Positions 11,281 to 21,000 of a stretch of 64,000 nt of DNA are shown in pieces. The notes under the pieces were generated by a model. The model did no database searches. It saw only the letters and a list, made by a program, of their open reading frames with translations, and was not told the DNA's origin. Numbering within the stretch: the first letter of the stretch is position 1; every line of letters begins with the position of its first letter. Made by a program: the position numbers and the translations under genes. The stretch comes from an uncultured Gemmatimonadales bacterium (GTDB lineage Bacteria > Gemmatimonadota > Gemmatimonadetes > Gemmatimonadales > GWC2-71-9), in the NCBI GenBank assembly GCA_963771275.1, contig CAVYSW010000003.1:128001-192000 (forward strand), written 5' to 3'.

Positions 11281-12525
11281 ATGCCGATCCTCGAAGGCCT
11301 CCGGCTCGCCGTCCAGACGATCCTGGCGCACAAGCTGCGCTCGTTCTTCACACTGCTCGGGATCATCGTCTCGGTGGCGTTTCTGGTCGCGGTGGTGGCG
11401 GTGATCCAGGGCATGAACGCCTACGTCAGCGAGACGATCACCGGCGCCATCATCGGCACGAACGCCTTTCAGATCCGCCGCACGCCGATCTCCGTGGGCC
11501 TGATCGACGACCAGGAGTGGCGTGAGCTCCAGAAGCGGCCCATCATCGCGCCGGAGGACGTACCGTTCGTGGAGCGGGCGCTGCCTGACGCCGTCGCCAT
11601 TGCGCTTCAGTCCGGCTGGCCCACCCCCTCGGTCGACGTGAAGTGGCGCAACCGCACCGTCGGCGACGTGCTGGTGTTCGGCGTGACACCGCCGTTTGTC
11701 GCCATCCAGGACTACCGCCTCGCGTTCGGCGACGCGTTCAACGACGTGGACGTCCGCGAACGCCGCCCAGTCGCCGTACTCGGCTGGGACGTCGCCGACA
11801 AGCTGTTCGACGACCCCGGCATGGCAATCGGCAGCACGGTGCGCGTGGGTGGGCGCCAATTCGTGGTCAAGGGCGTGATCGCGAAGAAGGGGAACGTCCT
11901 CGGGCAGTCGTTCGACGGCTTCGCGATGCTGCCGATCACGACGTTCGAGGCCATCTTCGGCCGGCGCCAGACCACGGTGATCTCGGTGAAGATGGCCGCA
12001 GCCGACCAGGTGGCCGACGGGATGGCACGCGCGGAGGAGGGCATGCGTATCGCGCATCGGCTCCGCCCCGGCCAGCCCGACGATTTCACCGTGGATACGG
12101 CCGAAGGGCTCGTCACGTTCTGGAAGAACCTCACCCGCGTGATCTTCACGGTCGTGCCCGCCGTCGTCGCCATCGGCATCGTCGTGGGCGGCATCGTGAT
12201 CATGAACATCATGCTCATGTCGGTGCGGGAGCGGACCCGCGAGATCGGCATCCGCAAGTCGCTCGGCGCCACGCGCCGGGACATCCGGCGCCAGTTCCTC
12301 GCCGAGGCGGTGACCCTCACCACGATCGGTGGCGCGCTCGGCCTCACGATGGGGTTCCTGTTCGCGCAGCTGATTCGGCTGGCGTCGCCGCTCCCCGCGC
12401 TCGTCACCTGGTGGTCGGCGGCAGTCGCGCTGCTGCTCGGCGCCTCGGTCGGCGTCGTGTTCGGCGTCTATCCCGCGGCTCGGGCGGCGACGCTGGACCC
12501 GATCACCGCCCTGCGCCATGAATGA
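11281..12525 (+). CDS. ABC permease, MacB/FtsX family (paralog A')
   Basis: ATG 11281; VGGIVIMNIMLMSVRERTREIGIRKSLGA. Confidence 0.93.
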   Translation: MPILEGLRLAVQTILAHKLRSFFTLLGIIVSVAFLVAVVAVIQGMNAYVSETITGAIIGTNAFQIRRTPISVGLIDDQEWRELQKRPIIAPEDVPFVERALPDAVAIALQSGWPTPSVDVKWRNRTVGDVLVFGVTPPFVAIQDYRLAFGDAFNDVDVRERRPVAVLGWDVADKLFDDPGMAIGSTVRVGGRQFVVKGVIAKKGNVLGQSFDGFAMLPITTFEAIFGRRQTTVISVKMAAADQVADGMARAEEGMRIAHRLRPGQPDDFTVDTAEGLVTFWKNLTRVIFTVVPAVVAIGIVVGGIVIMNIMLMSVRERTREIGIRKSLGATRRDIRRQFLAEAVTLTTIGGALGLTMGFLFAQLIRLASPLPALVTWWSAAVALLLGASVGVVFGVYPAARAATLDPITALRHE

Positions 12526-12607
12526 TCGTGTAGCGTATAGCGTACAGCGGGTAGCGTGGATCAGCCTCGGTGCACGCTCCACGCTACACGCTAGACGCCA
12601 CACGCGC
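12524..12607. repeat. Heptamer-array palindrome B
   Basis: gatcgtg tagcgta tagcgta cagcggg tagcgtg / 14-nt spacer / cacgctc cacgcta cacgcta gacgcca cacgcgc. Confidence 0.92.
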
Positions 12608-12616
12608 GGTTAGCGT

Positions 12617-13858
12617 ATGCGTCTCTCCGCCATCCCCGAAGGTGTCGGCATCGCGCTCGACGCGATCCGGAGCAACAAGCTCCGCTCCGCGCTCACCATC
12701 CTCGGCGTGGTGATCGGCGTCTCGACGGTCATGACAATGGCGTCCATCGTCAACGGCATCCGGGGCCAGATCCTCAACACGATCGAGGTGGTGGGCCCCA
12801 CCACCATCCGCATCTTCCGCTACTTCTCGACCACTCCGGTGAACCCGGACAACCCACCTCGCGAGGTGCGGATCCGCCCGGCCCTCAAGGCCGAGGAGGC
12901 GGAGGCCTTCGCTCGGCTGCCCGAGATCGCCTACTCGGCCGTCTGGACTGTCCTCCAGCAACGCCTCGAGTACGGGCAGGTGCGAACGCAGTTCACCGTG
13001 ATCTATGGCGCCGACGAGCGGTTCATGGAAATCCTCGGCGGCGGGCTCGCCCAGGGGCGCCTATTCACACCCGCCGAGACGCGCACCGGGGCCTCGGTCG
13101 TCATCCTCGAAGCGGACGCCGCCGAGCGGCTGTTCGGGCGGGTCGACCCGCTGCGGAAGGTCATGCGTGTCGGCGGCCGGCCGTTCCGGGTCGTCGGCAT
13201 CTACCGCAAGGCCGAGAACATCTTTCAGCCGCCCGGCCAGGAGATCGCGGCCGTCCTGCCGTACGAGGCGGCTCGCCGGGGCTTCCGGGTGGACGAAGTG
13301 AACGGGCTCGTGATCCTCGCCAAGCCGCGCCCCGGGGTCTCCGTGGACCGGGCGATGGACGCGATCACGGTCCAGTTTCGCAAGATGCGCGGCCTCCGGC
13401 CGGGCGACCCCAACACGTTCGACCTGGTCACGTCCGAGCAGGTGCTGAGCCTGTTCAACCAGCTCACCGGCGTGTTCTTCCTGGTGATGATCGTGTTGTC
13501 GAGCGTCGCGCTCATGGTGGGGGGCATCGGCGTGATGGCCATCATGATGGTGTCCGTGACCGACCGCACGCGCGAGATCGGCGTGCGCAAGGCGCTGGGC
13601 GCCACGCGCCGCGAGATCCTCTGGCAGTTCCTGGTCGAGGCTTCGACGCTGACCCTGGTGGGCGGGGTGATCGGCGTGGTCTTCGGGATCGTGGCCGGTC
13701 AGGCCGTCAAGGCGCTGCTGCGACTGGAGTCCGGCGTGCCCGTCTGGAGCGCGGTGGTCGCCACCACCGTCTCGGTGGTCATCGGCCTCGTCTTCGGCTT
13801 GCTGCCGGCGAACCGAGCGTCGAGACTGGATCCGGTGGAGGCGTTGCGGTACGAGTGA
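12617..13858 (+). CDS. ABC permease, MacB/FtsX family (paralog B')
   Basis: VGGIGVMAIMMVSVTDRTREIGVRKALGA; ends LDPVEALRYE. Confidence 0.93.
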   Translation: MRLSAIPEGVGIALDAIRSNKLRSALTILGVVIGVSTVMTMASIVNGIRGQILNTIEVVGPTTIRIFRYFSTTPVNPDNPPREVRIRPALKAEEAEAFARLPEIAYSAVWTVLQQRLEYGQVRTQFTVIYGADERFMEILGGGLAQGRLFTPAETRTGASVVILEADAAERLFGRVDPLRKVMRVGGRPFRVVGIYRKAENIFQPPGQEIAAVLPYEAARRGFRVDEVNGLVILAKPRPGVSVDRAMDAITVQFRKMRGLRPGDPNTFDLVTSEQVLSLFNQLTGVFFLVMIVLSSVALMVGGIGVMAIMMVSVTDRTREIGVRKALGATRREILWQFLVEASTLTLVGGVIGVVFGIVAGQAVKALLRLESGVPVWSAVVATTVSVVIGLVFGLLPANRASRLDPVEALRYE

Positions 13859-13960
13859 ACGTTCAGCGTATAGCGTGTAGCGTCTAGCGTACCAACTGAC
13901 GCCGCACGCCATCCGCTACACGCCATACGCTATAGGCCAGCCGCTACACGCTACACGTTC
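13857..13960. repeat. Heptamer-array palindrome C
   Basis: gaacgtt cagcgta tagcgtg tagcgtc tagcgta / ccaact / gacgccg cacgcca tccgcta cacgcca tacgcta taggcca gccgcta cacgcta cacgttc. Confidence 0.92.
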
Positions 13961-14316
13961 TTCCTCCCGTACCGCTTCAGCAATCCCACCAGCATGCTCG
14001 TGACGCGCTCCAGATCGGCTGCCGTCCGTTCGACGGAAGCTCCCGTTGGCAGCGCGTCCACGCGGCCGGCGACCCAGAAGTGCGTCTTGAGCTCGACTGC
14101 AGACCCGAAGGCGATGCGGACACCCCGTACAAGCTGGCGCGGCGTCCCCAAGGCGAACGCTTCGGCGACGTTGGCAGGGATGCTGATAGCAGCACGGCCG
14201 ATCTGATCCGCGAGAATCGGATGCCCTGAAAGCGGTCGGACCCGGGTCATCCGGTAGGCCTCAACGGCGAGTTCGCGACCCAGACGGTAGGCATCGAGGT
14301 GCTCGAGGCTGCGCAT
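13951..14316 (-). CDS. Four helix bundle protein (23S rRNA IVP / Avd-like family)
   Basis: 121 aa; L.AY.L..EL....YRMT...LADQI.RAAISIPANVAE...IAFGSAVELKT matches the family pattern. Confidence 0.85.
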   Translation of the reverse strand: MRSLEHLDAYRLGRELAVEAYRMTRVRPLSGHPILADQIGRAAISIPANVAEAFALGTPRQLVRGVRIAFGSAVELKTHFWVAGRVDALPTGASVERTAADLERVTSMLVGLLKRYGRKNV

Positions 14317-14346
14317 GACGCACTATGGCGCCCTTCGCCCCGCATG

Positions 14347-14355
14347 TGCTACCAT
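14347..14355 (+). promoter_or_regulatory. Candidate extended -10 promoter for bshB1
   Basis: TGcTACCAT fits TGnTAnnnT about 50 nt upstream of the ATG. Confidence 0.35.
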
Positions 14356-14375
14356 TCCACTGCACCGGCAAGCGA

Positions 14376-14410
14376 TACGCTACACGCTAAACGCTACACG
14401 CTATACGATG
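14376..14410. repeat. Heptamer array D (single arm)
   Basis: tacgcta cacgcta aacgcta cacgcta tacgATG; the last unit contains the bshB1 start codon. Confidence 0.9.
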
Positions 14411-15133
14411 CCCACGCCCCCCGTTCATCTCCTCGCCATCGCCGCCCACCCCGACGACGTCGAGCTGACCTGCGGCGGCTCGTCGATTAAGGCGGTCCGC
14501 CAGGGCTACCGCGCCGCCATCGTGGACCTCAGCGGTGGGGAAACCGGGACCCACGGCACAATGGGGCTGCGCGCCGAGGAGGCCGGGCGGGCCGCGCGGA
14601 TCTTGGGCGTCACCGAGCGCGTCAACGCCGGGTTGCCGGATGCGGGGCTCCACAACACGGACGAGACGCGGCGTGCGGTCGTGGCGCTGATCCGCCGGTT
14701 CGCCCCAAGCGTGGTGATCCTCCCCTTCCCCATCGGCCGCCACCCGGACCACCGCGTCGCGTCGGAGCTGTGCCGCGACGCGTCCTACCTCGCCGGCCTC
14801 AAGAACTACCCGGCGGAGGGCGCGCCGCACCGGCCCGAGAAGATCCTGTATACGCTGGCGTTTCGCGAAGACCCGGTGAAGCCGACGTTCGTCGTGGACA
14901 TCACGGCCGAGTTCGAGACCAAGCTCGCGGCGATCCGCTGCTACGCGTCGCAGTTCGACGGCAAGATGGCGGCGGGCGAGATCTTTCCGTCCGGCGAGGA
15001 CATCTACGAGAACGTGCGGATGCACTGCGCGCGGGCCGGCAGCCTGATCCGGACGGCATACGGCGAGCCGTATCTCACCTACGAGACGGTGCGGATCGAC
15101 GACGTGGTGGCGATGGGAGTGCGGTCGATGTGA
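14408..15133 (+). CDS. bshB1: Bacillithiol biosynthesis deacetylase BshB1 (PIG-L family)
   Basis: AHPDDVELTCGG, DLSGGETGTHGT..LRAEEA, RHPDH, P.FVVDIT..FETKL.AI.CY.SQF. Confidence 0.8.
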   Translation: MPTPPVHLLAIAAHPDDVELTCGGSSIKAVRQGYRAAIVDLSGGETGTHGTMGLRAEEAGRAARILGVTERVNAGLPDAGLHNTDETRRAVVALIRRFAPSVVILPFPIGRHPDHRVASELCRDASYLAGLKNYPAEGAPHRPEKILYTLAFREDPVKPTFVVDITAEFETKLAAIRCYASQFDGKMAAGEIFPSGEDIYENVRMHCARAGSLIRTAYGEPYLTYETVRIDDVVAMGVRSM

Positions 15134-15180
15134 GCCGGGTGATGCCGCCCGTCGGCACATCCCCCATCAGATTGCCCGGC

Positions 15181-15296
15181 AGAGCCAGCTCTAGCTCGAA
15201 CGGGTAGCACGGCACCCGGACTTCCTGATACAGCCGCCGCTTCGTGAGCTGGTCGGCTCTGCGTGTCGATGGGCTCAGCACTTCCACCACAAAGCG
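15181..15296 (-). pseudogene. Uma2 (DUF820) endonuclease remnant
   Basis: VVEVLSPSTRRADQLTKRRLYQEVRVPCY is the Uma2 core motif; no N-terminal half, and the typical YW.VD segment is missing. Confidence 0.7.
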
Positions 15297-15436
15297 CAGT
15301 TGGCTGGACCTGCCGAAACGATGAGCCGGCTGGCTTTCGCCATCCGCCTCATTCGGCGCAGCGAAACCACTACGCAAATCGCAGTCCGTACACACAGCGT
15401 ACGCTCGGCCTGCCGCTGCGGTCAATGGCGGGGGGG

Positions 15437-15521
15437 TGCTGGCGGTGGGACACGAACCCGCACGAGGGCCGAAGCCCGGAGGCTTGCGAGACCTCTGCGT
15501 TTGCCATTTCGCCACACCGGC
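15437..15521 (-). tRNA. tRNA-Leu-like type II tRNA with anticodon CGC, probably a pseudogene
   Basis: GCCGGTG TG GCG-AAATGGCAAA-CGC A GAGGT-CTCGCAA-GCCTC C GGGC-TTCG-GCCC TCGT GCGGG-TTCGTGT-CCCAC CGCCAGC A; C-A mismatches in the acceptor and T stems, T-loop A replaced by T. Confidence 0.75.
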
Positions 15522-15739
15522 ACCCCTTCGGTTGCGACGCGAAGTGGATACGTGCGGATGTCTCGCATCGGCCCCCGCCGATGCGAGCATCAACCATGGC
15601 AAGCTCGACGCCGATGACGCAGGACCTCGCACGCGCTACCGAGCCGCGCGCTCAGGCCGGCTCGCCCAGCGCAGCGAAACCGCTCCATCTTCGTCCGCCC
15701 CCCGCCGTTTCCGCCCGGTTCCCGCTACCTTTCTCCCTG

Positions 15740-16915
15740 ATGTCCCAGCACACCATCTACCTCGACAACGCCGCCACCACGCCCGTCCTCCCCGACGTGC
15801 GGGAGGCCATGCTCCCGTTCCTTGGCGAGGCGGCCTTCGGCAACCCGTCGTCGCCGCACCGGGTGGGGCGCGCCGTGCGCGCGGCGGTCGAGGAGGCGCG
15901 GCATCAGGTGGCGGCGGCCGTGAGTGCCGACCCCAAGTGGGTGCTGTTCACCAGCGGCGGCACCGAAGCCGATAACCTCGCCGTGCTGGGGGGCGCCCTG
16001 GCGGCCCGCGCGGCGGGCCGGCCGTTCCGCGTGGCGGTGAGCGCCATCGAGCACAAGGCGGTGCTCGCTGCTGCGCACGCCGTCGAGGACCTGGGCGGCG
16101 AGGCGATCGTCATGCCGGTGGACGCGCACGGCGTGCTCGATGTCGACGCGGTCGACCGCGCGCTCACCGCGGGCGCCGATCTCGTCGCGGCCATGTGGGT
16201 CAACAACGAGACCGGCGCGCTGCAGCACGTCGCGACGCTCGCCCGCCGGGTCGCGGAAGCCGGCGGCTGGTTCGTGTGCGACGCCGTCCAGGCGCTCGGC
16301 AAGATCCCGTGCAACCTCGCCGACCTGCCCCGCACCATGCTCACCGTGTCGGCCCACAAGATCGGCGGGCCCAAGGGCGTGGGCGCCCTCATCGTGCCAG
16401 ACGTCCACGCCGTCCACCCGCTGATCCATGGCGGCGGCCAGCAGGGCGGCGTGCGGCCCGGCACGGAGAACGTCCCGGGCATCGTGGGCTTCGGGCGCGC
16501 GGCCGAGCTCGCGGTGCAGCACCTCGCGGCGCACGCCGGTCATACCGCGGCGCTGCGCGACGCGTTCGAGCAGCGGCTCCGCGCCGCGATCCCGGACGCC
16601 CTCGTCCATGGGGCCGGCGCGCCCCGCGCGCCGCACGTGAGCAACGTCGCCTTCCCCGGCGTGGACAGCGAAGCGCTGTTGATGCATCTCGACCTCGCAG
16701 GGGTGTGCTGCTCCTCCGGCTCGGCCTGCACCACCGGCTCCGTCACTCCCTCGCACGTCCTCACCGCCATGGACGTGCCCCGGGCGCTCGCGACCGCGTC
16801 GCTCCGCTTCTCATTCGGACCGCAGAACACGATGGACGAGGTAGAGCAAGTGCTGGCGGGGCTGCCGGCCATCGTGGCCAGGGTGCGGGACCTGGGGAAG
16901 GCGCTGGGACGATGA
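15740..16915 (+). CDS. iscS: Cysteine desulfurase (IscS/NifS family)
   Basis: [41 protein letters not shown]; translationally coupled to mnmA. Confidence 0.9.
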   Translation: MSQHTIYLDNAATTPVLPDVREAMLPFLGEAAFGNPSSPHRVGRAVRAAVEEARHQVAAAVSADPKWVLFTSGGTEADNLAVLGGALAARAAGRPFRVAVSAIEHKAVLAAAHAVEDLGGEAIVMPVDAHGVLDVDAVDRALTAGADLVAAMWVNNETGALQHVATLARRVAEAGGWFVCDAVQALGKIPCNLADLPRTMLTVSAHKIGGPKGVGALIVPDVHAVHPLIHGGGQQGGVRPGTENVPGIVGFGRAAELAVQHLAAHAGHTAALRDAFEQRLRAAIPDALVHGAGAPRAPHVSNVAFPGVDSEALLMHLDLAGVCCSSGSACTTGSVTPSHVLTAMDVPRALATASLRFSFGPQNTMDEVEQVLAGLPAIVARVRDLGKALGR

Positions 16916-17976
16916 GCGGCAAGGTCCTCGTCGCCATGTCCGGCGGTGTCGACAGCTCCGTGGCGGCGGCGCGCCTCGTCGAGGCTGGCTTCGACGTCGT
17001 CGGCGCCACCATGAAGTTGTTCTGCTATGGCGATGACGTGCCCGATCGCCCGTGCTGCTCGCTCGACTCGATCGCCGACGCCCGCGCCGTGGCGGACCGG
17101 CTCGGCATTCCCCACTACGTGCTCAACCTCGAGGACCGGTTCTCCGCGGACGTGATCCTGAACTTCGTGGACGAGTACGCCCGCGGCCGCACCCCGATCC
17201 CGTGCGTTCGCTGCAACTCGTTCACCAAGTTCCGCGACCTGCTCGCCTACGCCGACGCGCTGGGCTGCGAATTCCTGGCCACCGGCCACTACGCCATCGC
17301 CCGGGATGGCGCGCTGTTCCGCGGCCGCGATCCGGACAAGGACCAGAGCTACTTCCTCTGGGGCATCGACCGCGCGGTCGTGCCGCGCATGCTGACGCCG
17401 GTGGGCGGGCTGACCAAGCCCGAGACCCGCGGCATCGCGCGCCGGCTCGGGCTCCGCACCGCCGACAAGCAGGAATCGGTCGAGATCTGCTTCGTCCCGA
17501 CGGGCGACTACCTGCCCGTGCTCCAGCGGCATCTCCCGGCGGACGCGCCGGCGCTCGCCCCCGGCCCGATCGTGACGACCGCGGGCGACGTGGTCGGCCA
17601 CCACGATGGGTTCGCGCGGTTCACGATCGGGCAGCGCCGCGGCGTGCCGGGGGGCTTTCCCCAGGCGATGTACGTGGTCGCGATCCGGCCCGGGGATCGC
17701 ACCGTGGTGATCGGCCCCGCCGACGACCTGCTCGGCCGCCGCGTGGAGCTGTCCGAGGTACGCTGGCTCAGCGCCGAGCCGCTCGCCAAGGGTGTCGAGT
17801 GTCACGTGCAGATCCGCTACCGCTCACCCGCGGTCCCGGCACGCGTCTCCATGGTGGCGTCCGGCGGTGATCGGGTCGCGCTCGAGCTCGCCGAGCCCGT
17901 CCGGGCGATCGCTCCGGGCCAGTCGGGGGTACTGTACGACGGCGATCGGGTCCTCGGCGGCGGGATCATCGACTGA
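16912..17976 (+). CDS. mnmA: tRNA 2-thiouridylase MnmA
   Basis: [48 protein letters not shown]. Confidence 0.95.
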   Translation: MSGKVLVAMSGGVDSSVAAARLVEAGFDVVGATMKLFCYGDDVPDRPCCSLDSIADARAVADRLGIPHYVLNLEDRFSADVILNFVDEYARGRTPIPCVRCNSFTKFRDLLAYADALGCEFLATGHYAIARDGALFRGRDPDKDQSYFLWGIDRAVVPRMLTPVGGLTKPETRGIARRLGLRTADKQESVEICFVPTGDYLPVLQRHLPADAPALAPGPIVTTAGDVVGHHDGFARFTIGQRRGVPGGFPQAMYVVAIRPGDRTVVIGPADDLLGRRVELSEVRWLSAEPLAKGVECHVQIRYRSPAVPARVSMVASGGDRVALELAEPVRAIAPGQSGVLYDGDRVLGGGIID

Positions 17977-18037
17977 AGTGAGCCGGGCTGCCGTTTGGCC
18001 GTTCACTGAGCGGCGGAATCCACCATACGGAGTATCC

Positions 18038-21000
18038 ATGCCGACACGACACCTGGGCCGGAACGGCTGTGCTCATTTCCTGCCCGCTCTACCCCTCCTC
18101 GTGCTGCCGCTCCTGCCGCTTCTGCCCCTTCGGCCGCTCCAGGCCCAGGACGCGCCGAAGCCGGCCACCTGGAACATCGAGGACCCCCACGGCCCCGCGG
18201 ATACCATCCGGTTCCAGACCGATGAGGGCACCTGGATGGACCTGGACGTGAGCCCGGACGGGCAGTGGATCGTGTTCGATCTGCTGGGCGACCTCTATCG
18301 CGTCCCGATAGCGGGGGGGCACGCACAGCTGCTGGCCGGCGGGCGGGCGTACGAGCAGCTGCCGCGCTACAGCCCCGACGGCCGCACCATCGTGTACGTC
18401 AGCGACCGGAGCGGGATGGACAATCTCTGGCTGATGGACGCCGACGGCGGCCGTCCGCGGCCGCTCACCACGCTCGACGACTCGTTTCCCACCAATCCCG
18501 TCTGGCTGCCCGGCGGGGAGTACGTCGTCGCCAAGCGGCACGTGCGCGATACGCGCTCCCTCGGCGGCGGCGAGCTGTGGCTGTTTCAGGCGCACGGCGG
18601 GACCGGCATCAAGCTCAAGGACAAGCTGAGCTTCACCTCGGACGTGAACGAGCCCTATCCGTCGCGCGACGGGCGCTGGATCTACTACAGCTGGACCGGG
18701 CCGTTCGACTACAACAAGAACCCGGAGGCCGGGATCTTCCAGATCTCGCGGATCGACCGGGTGACCGGCGACGTCGAGCCCGTGACCCAGGCCCCCGGCG
18801 GCGCGGTCCGGCCGACGGTGTCGCCCGACGGGCGGTCGCTCGCGTTCATCCGCCGGGTGGGGCTCAAGACGGTGCTGTTCGTGCGCGACCTCGAGACCGG
18901 ATCGGAGCGGCCGGTGTTCGACGGGCTGGACCACGATCAGATGGAGACGTGGACGGTCCACGGCGCATATCCGAGCTATCAGTGGACGCCCGACGGGGCG
19001 AGCATCGTCATCACGTTCGGCGGCAAGCTCGCGCGGGTGAACGTCGCGAGCGGCGCGGCGACGCCCGTGCCGTTCACCGCCGACGTCGAGCAGGTGGTGA
19101 CGCGCGCGCTGCATTTCCGCTACCGGATCGCCGACGACGAGGTTCGCGCGCGCATGATCCGCTGGCCGGTGCTCTCGCCGGACGGCGCCACCCTCGTGTT
19201 CCAGGCGGTGGGCGCCCTCTGGGAGATGGCCTACCCCGGCGGCGCGCCCACCCGGATCACCGCGGACTCGGCCTTCGAGTTCGCGCCGAGTTACTCGGCC
19301 GATGGGCGGTTCCTCGCCTACGTCACATGGGACGACTCGGCGGGGGGCCACGTGTGGAAGATCCCCACCGCTGGGCGCAATCGCCGCCCCATCCGCCTCA
19401 CGACCGTCCCGAACCAGTATGCCAACCCGGCGTTCTCGCCCGACGGCCGATGGCTCGCGGTGGTCATGGGGAGCGGCGCCGCCAACCGGGGCCGCGACCT
19501 CGCGGCCGAGCCGTTCCTCCGGATCGGCGTGCTCAGCGCGGACGGCGGCCCGGTGCGCGAGGTACTACGGACCGAGAACCGCGGCTCAGGCCGCCGGATG
19601 CCGCGCGTGTGGTGGAATGCCGACGGCACGCGTCTGCTGATCCAGGAGGGCCGGGACGGCAAGAGCGTGCTGTCGTCGCTCCAGCCGGACGGAGCCGATC
19701 TCCGGATCCTCGCGGTGAACCGGCGGGCGGAGGAGATGGTGCCCTCCCCCGATGGCCGCTGGCTCGCGTTCAAGGAGCTGCACAACGTGTACGTGGCGCC
19801 GCTGCCCGCGGCCGGTGCCCCCGTGACGATCGAGGCGCGGCATGCCGGCGTGCGGGTCGTTCAGCTGTCCAACTACGGTGGTGACTGGATCGCGTGGCGC
19901 CCCGACTCCCGGGCGCTGACCTGGGTGCTGGGGCCCGCGTTCTACGAGCAGACCATCGCCGCGGCGTACGATTCCACCCCGCTACCCGCCGACACCGTCG
20001 CCGGCGCGGACTGGATGCGCGGCAACCCGCGCGTCGGCGCGCGCATCACGGAAATCGTGCTGTCGGTACCGCAGGCCCGCCCGCGCGGCGCCATCGTGCT
20101 ACGTGGTGCCCGCGTCATCACGATGCGCGGAAACGAGGTCGTCGAACACGCCGACCTGGTCGTCGAGGGCAGCCGGATCGCGCGCATCTGCCCGAGCCCG
20201 TGCGCGAACATCCCGCTCACGGCCCGCGTCGTGCCGGTTCCCGGCAAGACGATCATCCCGGGTCTGATCGACGTGCACGCACACATGGGGTACCAGGCGC
20301 TCGACATCACGCCGCAGCAGTTCTGGCCGTATCGCGCGAACCTCGCCTACGGCGTGACGACGACGCACGACCCATCGGCCTCCACGCAGGAGGTGTACGC
20401 GCAGGCGGAGCTGGTGGAGGCGGGGCGGACCGTGGGGCCGCGCATCTACTCGACCGGCTTCATCCTGTACGGCGCCGAGAACCCCGACAAGGCCGTCGTG
20501 GCGAGCCTCGCGGACGCGCGCGCACATCTGCGGCGGCACGCGGCCGTGGGCGGGTTCTCGGTCAAGAGCTACAACCAGCTGCGCCGGGACAGCCGCCAGT
20601 GGATCATCGAGGCGGCGCGCGAAGAGCACATGCTCGTCGTCCCCGAGGGCGGCTCGATGCTCCAGCAGAACATCACGATGATCCTGGACGGGCACACGGG
20701 GATCGAGCACGCGATCCCGGTGGCGCCGCTCTACAAGGATGTGGTGACGCTGTTCGGGCGCAGCAAGACCGGCTACACCCCGACGCTGATCGTGGGCTAC
20801 GGCGGCGTCTGGGGTGAGAACTACTGGTACCAGCACGCCGACGTCTTCGCCGACGCGCGGCTGCGGCAATTCGTGCCCGGCGACTGGCTCGACGCCCGGG
20901 CCCGCCGCCGGATGCTCGTGCCGGAAGACGAGTTCTATCACATCGCGCTCGCCAAGTCGGCGCACGACGTGCTCGAGGCCGGCGGCTCGGTCCAGCTCGG

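Noticed and set aside
11200..12616. ORF N-terminal extensions reading through the arrays (11212-11280, 14315-14407, minus 11200-12603)
   Set aside because: Low-complexity translations of the repeats; family homology begins at the downstream ATGs.
11187..14410. Heptamer arrays as a CRISPR array or DGR
   Set aside because: No repeat-spacer alternation, cas genes, reverse transcriptase or TR/VR pair in the window.
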